Below the pieces are notes generated by a model, which had not been told where the DNA came from, made no database searches, and was given only the letters and a program-made list of their open reading frames with translations. From IMG/VR virus record IMGVR_UViG_3300030376_003804, positions 1 to 57,715 of that record: a stretch of DNA of 57,715 nt. One strand, written 5' to 3'. Source of the stretch: a virus (lineage: Duplodnaviria; Caudoviricetes). Position numbers and translations under genes: made by a program. Below, piece by piece: positions 9,420 to 16,512 of the stretch. Position 1 is the first letter of the stretch. Each line of letters begins with the position of its first letter.

Positions 9420-9538
9420 TCTTCCTCACCTACAAAATCTTCGTATGTACTTTCCTTCAACATTCCTTTGACATCATCCAATTCTGAGATTATTTTGGCT
9501 AACATATTTGTTAAAACTAGCATTTGCTGTGCTTTCAT
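9416..9538 (-). CDS. 40-aa hypothetical protein
   Basis: GGAGG SD, MKAQQMLVLTNMLAKIISELDDVKG..., GTGA overlap with the next gene. Confidence 0.55.
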   Translation of the reverse strand: MKAQQMLVLTNMLAKIISELDDVKGMLKESTYEDFVGEEE

Positions 9539-9592
9539 AAAATCCTCCAACTAATATGTGAGCGCGCCATGTATAATTTTACATGACGCTAG

Positions 9593-9605
9593 TATTTAAA
9601 GATTA
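9593..9605 (-). promoter_or_regulatory. BRE/TATA promoter
   Basis: TAATC-TTTAAATA-C directly after the nuclease stop codon. Confidence 0.5.
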
Positions 9606-9607
9606 CC

Positions 9608-10576
9608 CTAGTCGAAGTCAGGGAATTGAGATTGTGACTCTACATCTATATTTATTTTAGTTTTAGAATCTATATCTGCATAATTTTCTTTCTTACGCTT
9701 TTTGAAAGTAGGTTTCCAAGCTGGTATCTCTGCATCACAGGGGCCGCCCTGCGATTTGTGGAATGAGCACCACTTACACAGGTTTTGCGGCTTCTGTTCA
9801 TATCTATCTTCGTATTCCTCTCGTTCCTTTATACAGTCATGTACCATCTTGATGAGGTCCCTAGCCTCGTCAAGTTCGGACTGACCAACCTTTACAAAAA
9901 AGGTATCGTCAAATCGTAGATAGTTTACACCTACGAAGTTAGGCATCTCTCCCATCTCTAGTGTGTATAGGAAAGCGTAAATGATAAGTTGTCTGTAGTA
10001 TTCTTCTGGTAGGTATGGTCCGTATCTTTTAGATGTCTTGTAATCTAACAACGTTGTACCACCATCGAAATCATTACATACAACATCAATAACTCCAACA
10101 ATTGCATACTCTTTTGACTTAACCCACTTCTCAGCGTACTTAGGAGCTACTGCATTCCAAGCTTGCTGCTTGTTCTTGAATATCTTCCAGTCAACCATTT
10201 CAGTTAGTTTCTTATTTACAGAGTCAACGAAGTTCTGCAGTAATGCTTCTGTCTCTTTGTACATTGAATCCATCTCTTCTGAAGTGTGTACTTCCCACAA
10301 CCATTTGTGTTTAGCTATCTTCTCTTCCCATCCATCTTCGAACTGTCCTTGTACCCACAACTTAGGTATTCCTTTCTCCCACTGTGGTAGAGTCTTAAAT
10401 TGTTTTTTAAATAAGTCTTCAAGTATCTGATGTACTAACGTACCACGGAATAGATGTATAGTCTTTTTCTGAGGTAGCTTAGCTATGTAGTTGTAGTAGA
10501 ATTCGCGGGGGCACTTCAAGTAAGTATTTATTTTTGAAGGACTAAGCCTCATATGGCTAGCGGTCCACTTAGTCAT
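9608..10576 (-). CDS. Cas4/AddB-like PD-(D/E)xK exonuclease with Fe-S cysteines
   Basis: LSPSKINTYLKCP, GTLVH, GVID...LLDYKT, QL.IY, CKWC...C. Confidence 0.88.
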   Translation of the reverse strand: MTKWTASHMRLSPSKINTYLKCPREFYYNYIAKLPQKKTIHLFRGTLVHQILEDLFKKQFKTLPQWEKGIPKLWVQGQFEDGWEEKIAKHKWLWEVHTSEEMDSMYKETEALLQNFVDSVNKKLTEMVDWKIFKNKQQAWNAVAPKYAEKWVKSKEYAIVGVIDVVCNDFDGGTTLLDYKTSKRYGPYLPEEYYRQLIIYAFLYTLEMGEMPNFVGVNYLRFDDTFFVKVGQSELDEARDLIKMVHDCIKEREEYEDRYEQKPQNLCKWCSFHKSQGGPCDAEIPAWKPTFKKRKKENYADIDSKTKINIDVESQSQFPDFD

Positions 10577-11045
10577 TATCGCACATCTCCGACTTCTTTT
10601 CGATTGGCTTCATCTCGTCGCCGGGGTCTGAAACGAACACCCTAGGTGTCTCATGGCTCCACGGGGGTGCATAAGCTTCGCCTTCTATTGTGCCATCCTG
10701 TGGATTAAGCTCTACATGGCAAGCACAATTATGCCACCCGTGTTCACAATTACACGTGGTCCATACAGTCACCTTGCTGCCGCTACGCTCCCGCGCAATT
10801 TTGAGAAGTATCATGTAGCCTATGAGGTCATCAAGTGTATCCTCTGTCCTGTCGTCAAGCCCTACATTCTTTATCCTGCTGAGCTTGTCATCGATTCGTG
10901 CACAGATTGCCTGTGCTGAGTCGAGCTTACTAAAAATATTGTCGGGCTCTAATGCACTGTCGCCATACGCTTTGTTCTTGGCTAACAACAAATCCCTTAT
11001 TTCATTACATGTCCATCTTATGGAGTTTTGCGTACTTTTTGTCAT
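10569..11045 (-). CDS. DUF1599/Nmad1-like (MazG-fold) nucleotide-modification-associated protein
   Basis: KNKAYGDS...RIDDKLSRI...EDTLDDLIGY; start revised to the ATG at 11045, 24 nt after a TATA box. Confidence 0.75.
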   Translation of the reverse strand: MTKSTQNSIRWTCNEIRDLLLAKNKAYGDSALEPDNIFSKLDSAQAICARIDDKLSRIKNVGLDDRTEDTLDDLIGYMILLKIARERSGSKVTVWTTCNCEHGWHNCACHVELNPQDGTIEGEAYAPPWSHETPRVFVSDPGDEMKPIEKKSEMCDND

Positions 11046-11069
11046 ACGTATTATTTTACACAGAGGAAG

Positions 11070-11083
11070 TATATAAAAGTTTC
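11070..11083 (-). promoter_or_regulatory. Leftward BRE/TATA promoter at the strand switch
   Basis: GAAAC-TTTTATATA-C. Confidence 0.6.
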
Positions 11084-11107
11084 GCACCTATATCTATATT
11101 ATGCTAT

Positions 11108-11123
11108 GCTATATAGAGCTTAT
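11108..11123 (-). repeat. Dispersed ATAAGCTCTATATAGC element, copy 1
   Basis: Reverse complement is identical to 21503-21518. Confidence 0.7.
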
Positions 11124-11257
11124 TATATAGGGTTAGTAGTGAGCCTAGTAGAAAAGCATATTCAAAAAATCACTCGATTTGTTTAAGGGGGTAGTGAGCG
11201 ATTTGTGCCTATATACCATATAATTTTAGACGGGGGGTATACTGAAAAAATAACCAT

Positions 11258-11292
11258 AAATCTTTATAAAGCATACCCGTTAGGAGTGTATG
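11258..11292 (+). promoter_or_regulatory. First rightward leaderless promoter
   Basis: AAATC-TTTATAAA at 11263-11270; ATG 27 nt from the TATA start. Confidence 0.65.
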
Positions 11293-11490
11293 GTAAAAAA
11301 CCATTTAACTGATAGCGAGTTAATCCAAATTGGATTTGAAGAATCAAGCTTAAATCTTGATAAACTGCAAGAGTGCGAAGGGGCACCGTATTGTGAAGAA
11401 TGTGCCGAGAATCACATTATAGAACAAGCCACTAATATGTTATACGGTAGTCCATTATGTTATGATTGTTTTGGAGAGTTTCACGGATGA
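11290..11490 (+). CDS. Small CxxC...CxxC zinc-finger protein
   Basis: CEEC and CYDC motifs; leaderless start. Confidence 0.7.
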   Translation: MVKNHLTDSELIQIGFEESSLNLDKLQECEGAPYCEECAENHIIEQATNMLYGSPLCYDCFGEFHG

Positions 11491-11828
11491 ACTCAGATAA
11501 CAATAAATATTTTGTGTATCGATTAGCCCAACAAAAAGAAAAAACTTCTTATCATTTTGTAGATATCGATATGGATTCTGACGTGACTAAAAATTCTGTA
11601 TACTACGGCATAACTCAGGACCCACAAATGCGCTTATCTAAGCATCGACCCCGTAAGGGTCAAGATATCAGCCTTATTGTTATGGCTGAATTTGATAATG
11701 TATTTGAGGGATTAGCTCATGAAGCTAATTTAGTTTGGCAACACGTTCAACAGTTCGGCAGTGCACCAAAATTTCAAGGTATGGCCGGAGTAGGTAACGC
11801 TGGTTACAAATACGGAGGCAACAAATAA
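11487..11828 (+). CDS. GIY-YIG-like nuclease-domain protein
   Basis: YFVY...YYGITQDPQMRLSKH...E pattern; ATGA overlap sets the start at 11487. Confidence 0.6.
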   Translation: MNSDNNKYFVYRLAQQKEKTSYHFVDIDMDSDVTKNSVYYGITQDPQMRLSKHRPRKGQDISLIVMAEFDNVFEGLAHEANLVWQHVQQFGSAPKFQGMAGVGNAGYKYGGNK

Positions 11829-11889
11829 TTGGGGCTACGGCTGGTCTCCGGACCGGTCGGGCTAAACCAAAATATTGGAGTTTAAAAAC

Positions 11890-12123
11890 ATGGCAAAACA
11901 ACTAATAAAAAAGTATGTAGAAGCAAGAAAAAATAGTTCCTTCGGGACTATGGATGCATGGAGAGCAGAAGCAAATTTAGGTATGCAACTCGAATGCTTG
12001 ATAAGTGCATGGGCCTCTTTATCAAGCGAATGTAAAAATAAAAACGACTGGAATAATTTCGCAAAATATGTATTGAGCGAAGTTGAATCAATCGACAAAA
12101 TAATAAAGGAGGTGAATAAGTGA
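11890..12123 (+). CDS. Hypothetical early protein
   Basis: GGAG SD before ATG 11890. Confidence 0.65.
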   Translation: MAKQLIKKYVEARKNSSFGTMDAWRAEANLGMQLECLISAWASLSSECKNKNDWNNFAKYVLSEVESIDKIIKEVNK

Positions 12124-12257
12124 AATTCGAAATAAATATTTCTGATGACGATTGGAAATTAATGTTAAAGAATCGATACGGGCATAACGACGTTATAACA
12201 CGAAGTTATATGCTTGATATTGTCCACGACATTATCGACCAATTACACGACCAATAA
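12120..12257 (+). CDS. 45-aa hypothetical protein
   Basis: GGAGGTGA SD, GTGA overlap. Confidence 0.55.
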   Translation: MKFEINISDDDWKLMLKNRYGHNDVITRSYMLDIVHDIIDQLHDQ

Positions 12258-12265
12258 AGGCCGTG

Positions 12266-12310
12266 TTGGGGGGTATGGGAGGGCTCCGGCCCTCTCAACC
12301 TATACCCAAT
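12266..12310 (+). other. Long intergenic hairpin
   Basis: GGGTAT..GGGAGGGC-TCCG-GCCCTCTC..ATACCC nested inverted repeat. Confidence 0.55.
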
Positions 12311-12327
12311 AATGGAGGTAAAGCAAA

Positions 12328-12444
12328 ATGGATTTAAAAACCAAAATCGCAGTAGTTAGAGCCCTCAGGTATAAATTACTAAATCAAGATACCTGCAAAG
12401 TAAATCTACCTACACACATATACGCAGAAGCACTTAAGCTGTAA
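12328..12444 (+). CDS. 38-aa hypothetical protein
   Basis: GGAGGT SD; MDLKTKIAVVRALRYKLL... Confidence 0.55.
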   Translation: MDLKTKIAVVRALRYKLLNQDTCKVNLPTHIYAEALKL

Positions 12445-12473
12445 CGGCTTCCCAAAACATGGGATTTACCTGC

Positions 12474-12517
12474 GCGGGGTGAGAAACCCGCGTGGGTGAG
12501 AAAGTGAGAAACTGAGA
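12474..12517 (+). repeat. GTGAGAAA repeat cluster flanking the left side of the module array
   Basis: GTGAGAAA x3 plus CTGAGA within 44 nt. Confidence 0.65.
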
Positions 12518-12569
12518 TTTTCCACTCGCGTGAAAAAACCTTTATATAGAGGTTCTCAGTTGGTATAAT

Positions 12570-12680
12570 ATGACAGAGCAACGCTGTGAAGACTGTGGCA
12601 TTGAGGACATCGAATTATTCGGTGGATTATGTGAAGACTGCGATACACAAATGTTTATGACCTTTTGGTCAGAGGACTGA
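12570..12680 (+). CDS. 36-aa zinc-finger microprotein
   Basis: MTEQRCEDCGIEDIELFGGLCEDCDTQMFMTFWSED; ATG 29 nt from the TATA start. Confidence 0.7.
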   Translation: MTEQRCEDCGIEDIELFGGLCEDCDTQMFMTFWSED

Positions 12681-12716
12681 GAGAAACCCTTATATAGGGA
12701 CACTCAATAGGTAACC

Positions 12717-12800
12717 ATGAGAAAACTAACATTACGTGAGATTAAATTGCAGACCATCGCCCTGAGAAGAATAAGAAAGGAGATGGAACAGAATCTTTAG
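12717..12800 (+). CDS. 27-aa basic helical microprotein
   Basis: MRKLTLREIKLQTIALRRIRKEMEQNL; own promoter, ATG 28 nt from the TATA start. Confidence 0.6.
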   Translation: MRKLTLREIKLQTIALRRIRKEMEQNL

Positions 12801-12809
12801 ATTCCATGA

Positions 12810-13031
12810 GCCCCCAGCACTGTAAGATGTGGCCCAAGGAGTAGGTACACCTTTTGGAAGAGGCAAGTGTATGAGTTAGTCAATAAACTATCCAGCATGG
12901 GGGCAAGAGAGGTTGCCTGACAAGTGAAGGCGAAGGGCCAGCGACATAAGCCCGCCCGAACGTTAAACGTAGCGACGTGACCTCAGTCCGGTGAGTCAGC
13001 CACCCCTAGGTGGTGGGGCAGCCGGGCGCCC
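12810..13031 (+). ncRNA. Structured ncRNA candidate 1
   Basis: GC-rich with no ORF; GCCCCCAGC/GCATGGGGGC closing stem, TACAC/GTGTA, GGGC/GCCC, GCCCG/CGGGC and CCACC/GGTGG helices; ends at a T-run. Confidence 0.55.
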
Positions 13032-13082
13032 TTTTCCACTCATGTGAAAAAACCTTTATATAGCCCTACTCATTGGTAATGT

Positions 13083-13241
13083 ATGACTAGAAAACACTTT
13101 ATAGCCATAGCTAGAATACTAGCAAAGCATGACGCAGACCTGAGAATGGTCCGAGACTTCGCTGGGATGTGCGCCGAGCATAACCCACGCTTCAACAGAG
13201 AAACCTTTATAAAGGCCTCCTCAATGGTAAAGTATGAGTAA
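13083..13241 (+). CDS. 52-aa conserved phage early protein (MTRKHF...NPRF family)
   Basis: MTRKHFIAIARIL...NPRFNRETFIKA pattern common in phage early regions; leaderless promoter. Confidence 0.75.
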   Translation: MTRKHFIAIARILAKHDADLRMVRDFAGMCAEHNPRFNRETFIKASSMVKYE

Positions 13242-13443
13242 AATCCAAGACATGAGAAACGAGTTTCGTTTCCGAAGAGTAGCACGCAGAACCATGACCA
13301 AAAACCTAGTCGACTTAGGAATCCATGAGCAACTCATGGCTATCCGCATGGGCCTAACAGATGACCCACGCAACCCTTTGAAAATTGAGGGTGAGGACGA
13401 GGAGCAAATGTTCCTACACAATAATGTGAGTGTGTGGGAATGA
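13234..13443 (+). CDS. Hypothetical early protein
   Basis: Own promoter embedded in the upstream CDS; ATG 28 nt from the TATA start. Confidence 0.7.
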   Translation: MSKIQDMRNEFRFRRVARRTMTKNLVDLGIHEQLMAIRMGLTDDPRNPLKIEGEDEEQMFLHNNVSVWE

Positions 13444-13556
13444 AGAGCATCTTAGATATACTAGACGACATGGTTATATCTGGCATCGAAGAGGCAGGGG
13501 ACTATATAGTTCTCTGTGGGTGTGAAGATGCACCTTGCTGTGGTTGTAACTTATGA
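13440..13556 (+). CDS. 38-aa CEDAPCCGC-motif microprotein
   Basis: ATGA overlap; C-terminal CGCEDAPCCGC motif recurrent in phage small proteins. Confidence 0.7.
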   Translation: MKSILDILDDMVISGIEEAGDYIVLCGCEDAPCCGCNL

Positions 13557-13630
13557 GTTACGAAACGCCACTAAAACGCAGTTGGAAAAAAGAAACAAAT
13601 AAGATTATTAAAAAGGCCAGCACCAAATAG
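13553..13630 (+). CDS. 25-aa basic peptide
   Basis: ATGA overlap; MSYETPLKRSWKKETNKIIKKASTK. Confidence 0.45.
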   Translation: MSYETPLKRSWKKETNKIIKKASTK

Positions 13631-13650
13631 CTCGTTTGTTTTCAACCTCC

Positions 13651-13677
13651 GGGGGGTAGGGCCTCCCCCCACCTTTT
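13651..13677 (+). terminator. Hairpin plus T-run ending module 2
   Basis: GGGGGG-N8-CCCCCC followed by ACCTTTT. Confidence 0.55.
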
Positions 13678-13725
13678 CCACAAGAGTGAAAAAAGTCTTA
13701 TATAGGGTGGTGTTCTTGGTAATGT

Positions 13726-13968
13726 ATGAGCAAAGCAAATCCGTGTGGTAAGACCACATCAGTAGAAAAGCCTTATGAAGTATGGACAATGGACCATATG
13801 AACTTTGAATGGAGAGTATTAAAAAAATACCAAACTCCTGAGAATGAAGCAAAGAACCCATACGCCAGATGGTATTGTGCGGTGAAAAGTGACATGACCT
13901 ATGACATGTGGGAATACGGAGATGTTTATGTCTCTGAGATAAAACAAAACGGGGTAAAGCTTATATAG
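13726..13968 (+). CDS. Conserved phage early protein
   Basis: WRVLKKYQTPENEAKNPYARWYCAVKS...WEYGDVY; leaderless promoter. Confidence 0.78.
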   Translation: MSKANPCGKTTSVEKPYEVWTMDHMNFEWRVLKKYQTPENEAKNPYARWYCAVKSDMTYDMWEYGDVYVSEIKQNGVKLI

Positions 13969-13988
13969 GGTATCCCTAATGGTAATAC

Positions 13989-14325
13989 AGAGCGGGGAGC
14001 CCAAATTACCCCCGCTCACTTACAGTTACTGGCCGTAACATCGTATACGATTAGTGACCTGTGTATTAAGACAAGAATAGACCATACGCCAACAGACGAC
14101 AAGCAATAACAAACTCAAGCTGAACAAGTGCTGACCATTCCCTTTCCGGATGACGGCCGTTATAAACCATAACACATCGCGTAGCTAACAATTTGTATCA
14201 CCTTTTGCCTCACTGATTCCCTGTTATAAACTTAAGCGTCTACAGCTATGAAGTAATTCTCTTCATCTTTTTACTCCGCCTCTCGTGACGGATATCCGTT
14301 TGATTGGCGGCAGGTCACACCCCGT
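13989..14325 (+). ncRNA. Structured ncRNA candidate 2, with its own promoter
   Basis: Promoter at 13960 has GGTAATAC-AGA where its siblings have GGTAAT..-ATG; 5' hairpin GAGCGGGG/CCCCGCTC; long-range GTGACCTG(14054)/CAGGTCAC(14311); no ATG ORF over 12 codons. Confidence 0.68.
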
Positions 14326-14377
14326 TTTTCCACTTGTGTGAAAAAAGCTTTATATAGGGTCCCTCTCTTGGTAATAC

Positions 14378-14614
14378 ATGAGCCAAGCAACTCAGACTAA
14401 GACCAATCTTCCTTGGAAGAATGGAAGCAAGGAGGTCGACTACTTTGTAGAAATCGGCACGACTCCGTACGGTAAGTATGGATTATACAAAGAAATGATT
14501 CCTGTAGGCACAGGGTCCAGAGGGAGACATATGGAACTCGCTCGTGAGATTCGTCTGTCCAATCCGGAAATATTTGCGGAGTTAGAACTAAGACAAGTTG
14601 TCAGCAGGGGATAA
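14378..14614 (+). CDS. Hypothetical early protein
   Basis: Leaderless promoter; ATG 29 nt from the TATA start. Confidence 0.72.
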   Translation: MSQATQTKTNLPWKNGSKEVDYFVEIGTTPYGKYGLYKEMIPVGTGSRGRHMELAREIRLSNPEIFAELELRQVVSRG

Positions 14615-14644
14615 GTATAAATAGCTTGTCCTGTATGGAGTAGT

Positions 14645-14971
14645 ATGACTAAAGCAAAAATGGATTACCTTTGGGCACCAAAGTCTGAAGGTATTGTTAG
14701 CGACATACTTAACCAAATTGGTATCGAGAGGGTGGGTTCATCCGCTCGGTATCCAACCGGTGTAAAGTATGATACTCTGATTGCGATATCAGATGTGCTG
14801 CACAACAATGAAAAGTTTGCTAGTATGGTTGCATCAGCAACTCATGCTTACCAAAGCAAACGCAAAGTAGAAGGTCGAGCTCCCTCTGTTGATTCACTCG
14901 TCTCACAGATGGGTCGAATGACAGAAGCTGACCTGAAGAAGGCGATGAAAAAAGCTGGACTCATCAAGTAA
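14645..14971 (+). CDS. Hypothetical early protein
   Basis: TATAAATA at 14616; ATG 29 nt later. Confidence 0.72.
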   Translation: MTKAKMDYLWAPKSEGIVSDILNQIGIERVGSSARYPTGVKYDTLIAISDVLHNNEKFASMVASATHAYQSKRKVEGRAPSVDSLVSQMGRMTEADLKKAMKKAGLIK

Positions 14972-14979
14972 GACAAATG

Positions 14980-15268
14980 AAGCAGCTGGGCATCTCAGAA
15001 AACTGCCCACCTTATCTTTAACGGGGTAGCTCCCTGTTATCGGGTATGGCCGAATAAGTGTAGTCACGCACTAAGGCACACAAACGCACACCCAACGAGC
15101 AAGTGCTTGAGGGATGCGGGCGTGGTTGGACTGGATTACTACAAACTGTAGTGACATCTGGGCCTTGGGGGTAATACAGATATCCCCCTACCCACCTTAT
15201 AGTTATGTTCTAACAGGCAGCCACAGGCAAGCCAAACAGGAACTAACACGCCCCCTTCGAGGGGCACC
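14980..15268 (+). ncRNA. Structured ncRNA candidate 3
   Basis: Serial hairpins TGGGCA/TGCCCA, TAACGGGG/CCCTGTTA, TTACTACA/TGTAGTGA and GGGGG/CCCCC; long-range GGGCGTGGTTGG/CTAACACGCCC. Confidence 0.55.
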
Positions 15269-15278
15269 TTTTTTTTTT
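15250..15278 (+). terminator. Hairpin plus T10 terminator
   Basis: GCCCC-CTTCGA-GGGGC followed by ten T. Confidence 0.7.
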
Positions 15279-15309
15279 CCACTCAAGGGGAAATACTTTT
15301 CCACGCGTG

Positions 15310-15565
15310 TGGGCCTCAGCTCAACTAATCTTTTTTTCTCAGCTCGTTAGGGCTCAGTGAGAAACTTCTCAGCTTGCTCTATAAAACACTTACGGGAGCT
15401 CGGTAGGGCACGGTGAGAAAAAGCTCTCAGTTCGCCTAGTGGGCTCGATTGAGCACTTCGGTAGGCCAGAATGAGAAAATGCTTTGTGAAGCTCATCCCA
15501 AACCGGAACCAGTTCGGGTTCAGTAGAGCTTTGTTCGCAACGATATGTGTTCGTGAGAAAAAGGT
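15310..15565. repeat. TGAGAAA/CTCAG repeat cluster (iteron-like)
   Basis: GCTCGTTAGGGCTCAGTGAGAAA, GCTCGGTAGGGCACGGTGAGAAA and CTTCGGTAGGCCAGAATGAGAAA at about 57-nt spacing, plus inverted TCTCAG copies. Confidence 0.65.
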
Positions 15566-15569
15566 AGTA

Positions 15570-15770
15570 GTAATATGTTCTTAGCCTATATTAATAAGCT
15601 CTATTAAGAGCACTACTCAGCTCATAATATAGCTCTATAAGCTCTATATCGCAAAGCTCTACTGAGTAAATCTCTATTAATCTCTTTACTTACTGCTATA
15701 CTATACCATAATAGAGCAATACTTAATATAGTTAATATAGGGAGTACGAACTATATATAGTTTTGCATGA
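15570..15770. repeat. AT-rich tract with four AGCTCTA(T/C) repeats; candidate replication origin
   Basis: Copies at 15597, 15631, 15640 and 15655; palindrome AACTATATATAGTT at about 15749-15762; non-coding. Confidence 0.55.
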
Positions 15771-15867
15771 AAAAGCCCCCCGTTTTTTTACTCAGTACAT
15801 AATTTGAGCACGGTGTCTCAGCCCATAAGGGGTAACGCTTATATAGGGTTATATAGATGTAGATACG

Positions 15868-16164
15868 ATGACTATGACCGACATCAATTCAATAGCAAAA
15901 CAATTAAAAAGCCTGTCAGCCACAGAACTACAAAAGCTTCTATTGGCTACCTCGAACGTAGATGGTTCCGAAATAAGAAGAAAGCGTATCGCTCGAACTG
16001 AGAAGTATTTCGAACACGCTCCGAAACCACATCACTGTCTTACCTACGGTGTGTATTCAGACACAGTTGATTACATACATGAAATAGGTATGGACAAATG
16101 GTTATCTCAGAAGGTTAACAACCGAACTAAGAACGCTACCTTCGTTACAGTGAGGCGACAATGA
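15868..16164 (+). CDS. Hypothetical early protein
   Basis: CTTATATA at 15838; ATG 30 nt later. Confidence 0.7.
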   Translation: MTMTDINSIAKQLKSLSATELQKLLLATSNVDGSEIRRKRIARTEKYFEHAPKPHHCLTYGVYSDTVDYIHEIGMDKWLSQKVNNRTKNATFVTVRRQ

Positions 16165-16511
16165 ATAAAGAAACAGTAAACAAGTTTAACAATTACATGA
16201 CTCAGCACACAGACAAAGTTCCTTTGCTTAGTGTTCAGTCAGTTGAGGATAAACGTTTCAACGTGTTGAGAGAGTTTTTATCTCAGTGCTTCGATGATGT
16301 AGAAGACAATGCTTGGTCAGTCAGTATGAACTTAGGAAAGTTCGTCGACTCTCTCAGCACAATGGAACAATCAGACAGAGATGCTTTGTCTCGCTTAGTA
16401 TCTAAATACGAAGTGAAAGGCACAAGCAGTGGTATCTCAGGTGAGAGGACATACGGTTACGACCGAAGTAGAGTCGACCGTGCTCTCATCAGGCGAAGGA
16501 GGGCCAACTGA
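16161..16511 (+). CDS. Hypothetical protein
   Basis: ATGA overlap; GTGAGG SD. Confidence 0.7.
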   Translation: MNKETVNKFNNYMTQHTDKVPLLSVQSVEDKRFNVLREFLSQCFDDVEDNAWSVSMNLGKFVDSLSTMEQSDRDALSRLVSKYEVKGTSSGISGERTYGYDRSRVDRALIRRRRAN

Positions 16512-16512
16512 G

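Larger units (their letters stand above)
12518..15304 (+). repeat. Array of four promoter modules delimited by TTTTCCAC-N4-GTGAAAAAA
   Basis: Element at 12518, 13032, 13674 and 14326; degenerate copies at 15275 and 15297; eight TATA boxes at 12541, 12689, 13055, 13206, 13697, 13960, 14349 and 14616. Confidence 0.85.

Noticed and set aside
9608-10576. Cas4 as evidence of a CRISPR-Cas system
   Set aside because: Stand-alone Cas4-like nucleases are common in archaeal viruses; no other cas genes or arrays are present.
13981-15180. 11-nt repeat GGTAATACAGA at 13981 and 15170
   Set aside because: A single short match with no upstream TATA at the second copy; may be chance.
12518-15304. CRISPR array or integron
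   Set aside because: Spacing is 500-950 nt, the repeats are short and fused to promoters, and no cas1 or integrase/recombinase is recognisable in the window.
15114-15350. 78-aa ORF
   Set aside because: No promoter or SD; it runs through hairpins, a T10 terminator and repeats.
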